A stretch of DNA of 24,000 nt, taken from positions 2,323,861-2,347,860 of the forward strand of contig NZ_CP136709.1 of the NCBI RefSeq assembly GCF_032926325.1. The letters run 5' to 3'. Below, in pieces: positions 23,092 to 24,000 of this stretch (position 1 is its first letter; every line of letters starts with the position of its first letter). The DNA is from Aestuariibaculum lutulentum. GTDB taxonomy: Bacteria; Bacteroidota; Bacteroidia; Flavobacteriales; Flavobacteriaceae. A model generated the notes under the pieces. It saw only the letters and a list, made by a program, of their open reading frames with translations, was not told the origin of the DNA and ran no database searches. The position numbers and the translations under genes are program-made.

Positions 23092-24000
23092 TTAAATAAT
23101 GTTTACTTCAGCTTCTATGTTAATATTAAATAGACGGTTAACTGTGTCTTGTATTAGTTTAGATAGTTTTAATATGTCTTCGCCTTTAGCATTTCCGTAG
23201 TTTACCAGAACTAATGCCTGATTTTTATGTACTCCGTAATCGCCAAAACGTTTTCCTTTAAATCCTGCTTTTTCAATAAGCCAGCCGGCAGGTACTTTTA
23301 CTTCGGTGTCTGAAACCGGATAGCTAGGTATGTCTTCAAAATTAGCAAGGAGTTTTTCAAATAATGCTTTTGAAATAACCGGGTTTTTAAAGAAGCTACC
23401 ACTGTTTCCAATCTCCTTTGGATTTGGTAATTTACTTTCGCGAATTGCAATAACGGCTTTTGAAATATCCTGAATAGTCGGGTTACTTACGTTCATAGTG
23501 TCTAATTGTGAAGCTATTGTGCCGTAATTGATATGTAATTTGTGATCTTTTTTGCTAAGTTTAAAAGTTACACAGGTAATTATATATTTTCCTTTGGCGT
23601 CCTGTTTGAAAATAGAGTTTCTATACCCGAAATCACATTCAGCGTTTGAAAAGTTAGCGAATGAACCATCTTCTATAGCTATAGTTTCGCAGGAATGAAA
23701 AACATCTTTAAGCTCAACGCCGTATGCGCCAATATTCTGAATAGGTGCCGTGCCTACATTACCAGGAATTAACGACAGGTTCTCAACACCTCCATAATGG
23801 TTGTTAATGCACCATAATACAAATTCGTGCCAGTTTTCACCAGCATAGGCTTTAATGTAAACCTCGTGCTCATTTTCATTTACAATTTCAATACCTTTTA
23901 GGTTTACATGTATAACAAGAGCATTAACATCTTTTGTTAGCAACATATTACTTCCGCCACCAAGAATTAATTTATTCGGGTAATCGTTAAGTGATAAAAC
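23092..24000 (-). CDS. murB: UDP-N-acetylenolpyruvoylglucosamine reductase, 5'-truncated by the window edge
   Basis: The reading frame stays open to position 24000 (...VLSLNDYPNKLILGGGSNMLLTKDV...), so the ORF-track Met at 23946 is internal. The GGGSN FAD-binding motif and the C-terminal SAGWLIE-like block (VPAGWLIEKAGFKG) are typical of MurB. Confidence 0.9.
   Translation of the reverse strand, partial: VLSLNDYPNKLILGGGSNMLLTKDVNALVIHVNLKGIEIVNENEHEVYIKAYAGENWHEFVLWCINNHYGGVENLSLIPGNVGTAPIQNIGAYGVELKDVFHSCETIAIEDGSFANFSNAECDFGYRNSIFKQDAKGKYIITCVTFKLSKKDHKLHINYGTIASQLDTMNVSNPTIQDISKAVIAIRESKLPNPKEIGNSGSFFKNPVISKALFEKLLANFEDIPSYPVSDTEVKVPAGWLIEKAGFKGKRFGDYGVHKNQALVLVNYGNAKGEDILKLSKLIQDTVNRLFNINIEAEVNII

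Noticed and set aside
1-24000. Searched for CRISPR repeats, IS/transposase or integrase genes, tRNA/rRNA, toxin-antitoxin pairs, restriction-modification or other defence modules, and long direct or inverted repeats
   Set aside because: None was found. The two methyltransferases are small-molecule/protein-type class I enzymes lacking DNA-methyltransferase motifs (no DPPY or PC-type catalytic motifs seen) and have no nuclease partner. All spacers are 149 nt or shorter. The window reads as conserved core genome rather than an accessory island.

Overview
AT-rich (about one-third G+C by eye), gene-dense window that looks like core chromosome of a Flavobacteriia-type Bacteroidota genome. Support for that: recurrent TAnnTTTG -7 boxes, no obvious Shine-Dalgarno use, TPR hybrid kinases and the overall gene content. 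I call 25 protein genes. No rRNA, tRNA, CRISPR array, transposase, integrase or recognisable defence gene is visible, and every non-coding gap is 149 nt or shorter. Content, left to right: (1) a seven-gene minus-strand kynurenine / 3-hydroxyanthranilate cluster (kynU, kmo, RidA-type deaminase, aldehyde dehydrogenase, an odd SDR, 3-HAA dioxygenase, ACMSD-like decarboxylase). (2) A plus-strand trio of methyltransferase, two-cluster Fe-S protein and methyltransferase. (3) msrA, a Nif3 plus DUF164-like pair, and lpxK. (4) A long minus-strand string: small Cys-rich membrane protein, membrane GT2, sigma factor, Nramp-like transporter, lipA, gap, TPR hybrid histidine kinase. (5) aqpZ, an ECF sigma with RskA-like anti-sigma, and a partial murB. 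I see no compelling evidence for a discrete new system such as a defence island or mobile element. The best leads are all hypotheses. First, an SDR with a substituted catalytic dyad sits inside the kynurenine cluster exactly where a reductive exit step to 2-oxoadipate would be needed. Second, a small 4-Cys membrane protein, a GT2 and a TTG-initiated sigma factor form a translationally coupled module followed by an Nramp-fold transporter lacking the DPGN metal site. Third, a DUF164-like protein has a zinc ribbon with no cysteines. Several ORF-track N-termini (TTG/GTG extensions) were trimmed to internal ATGs that are supported by -7 boxes.
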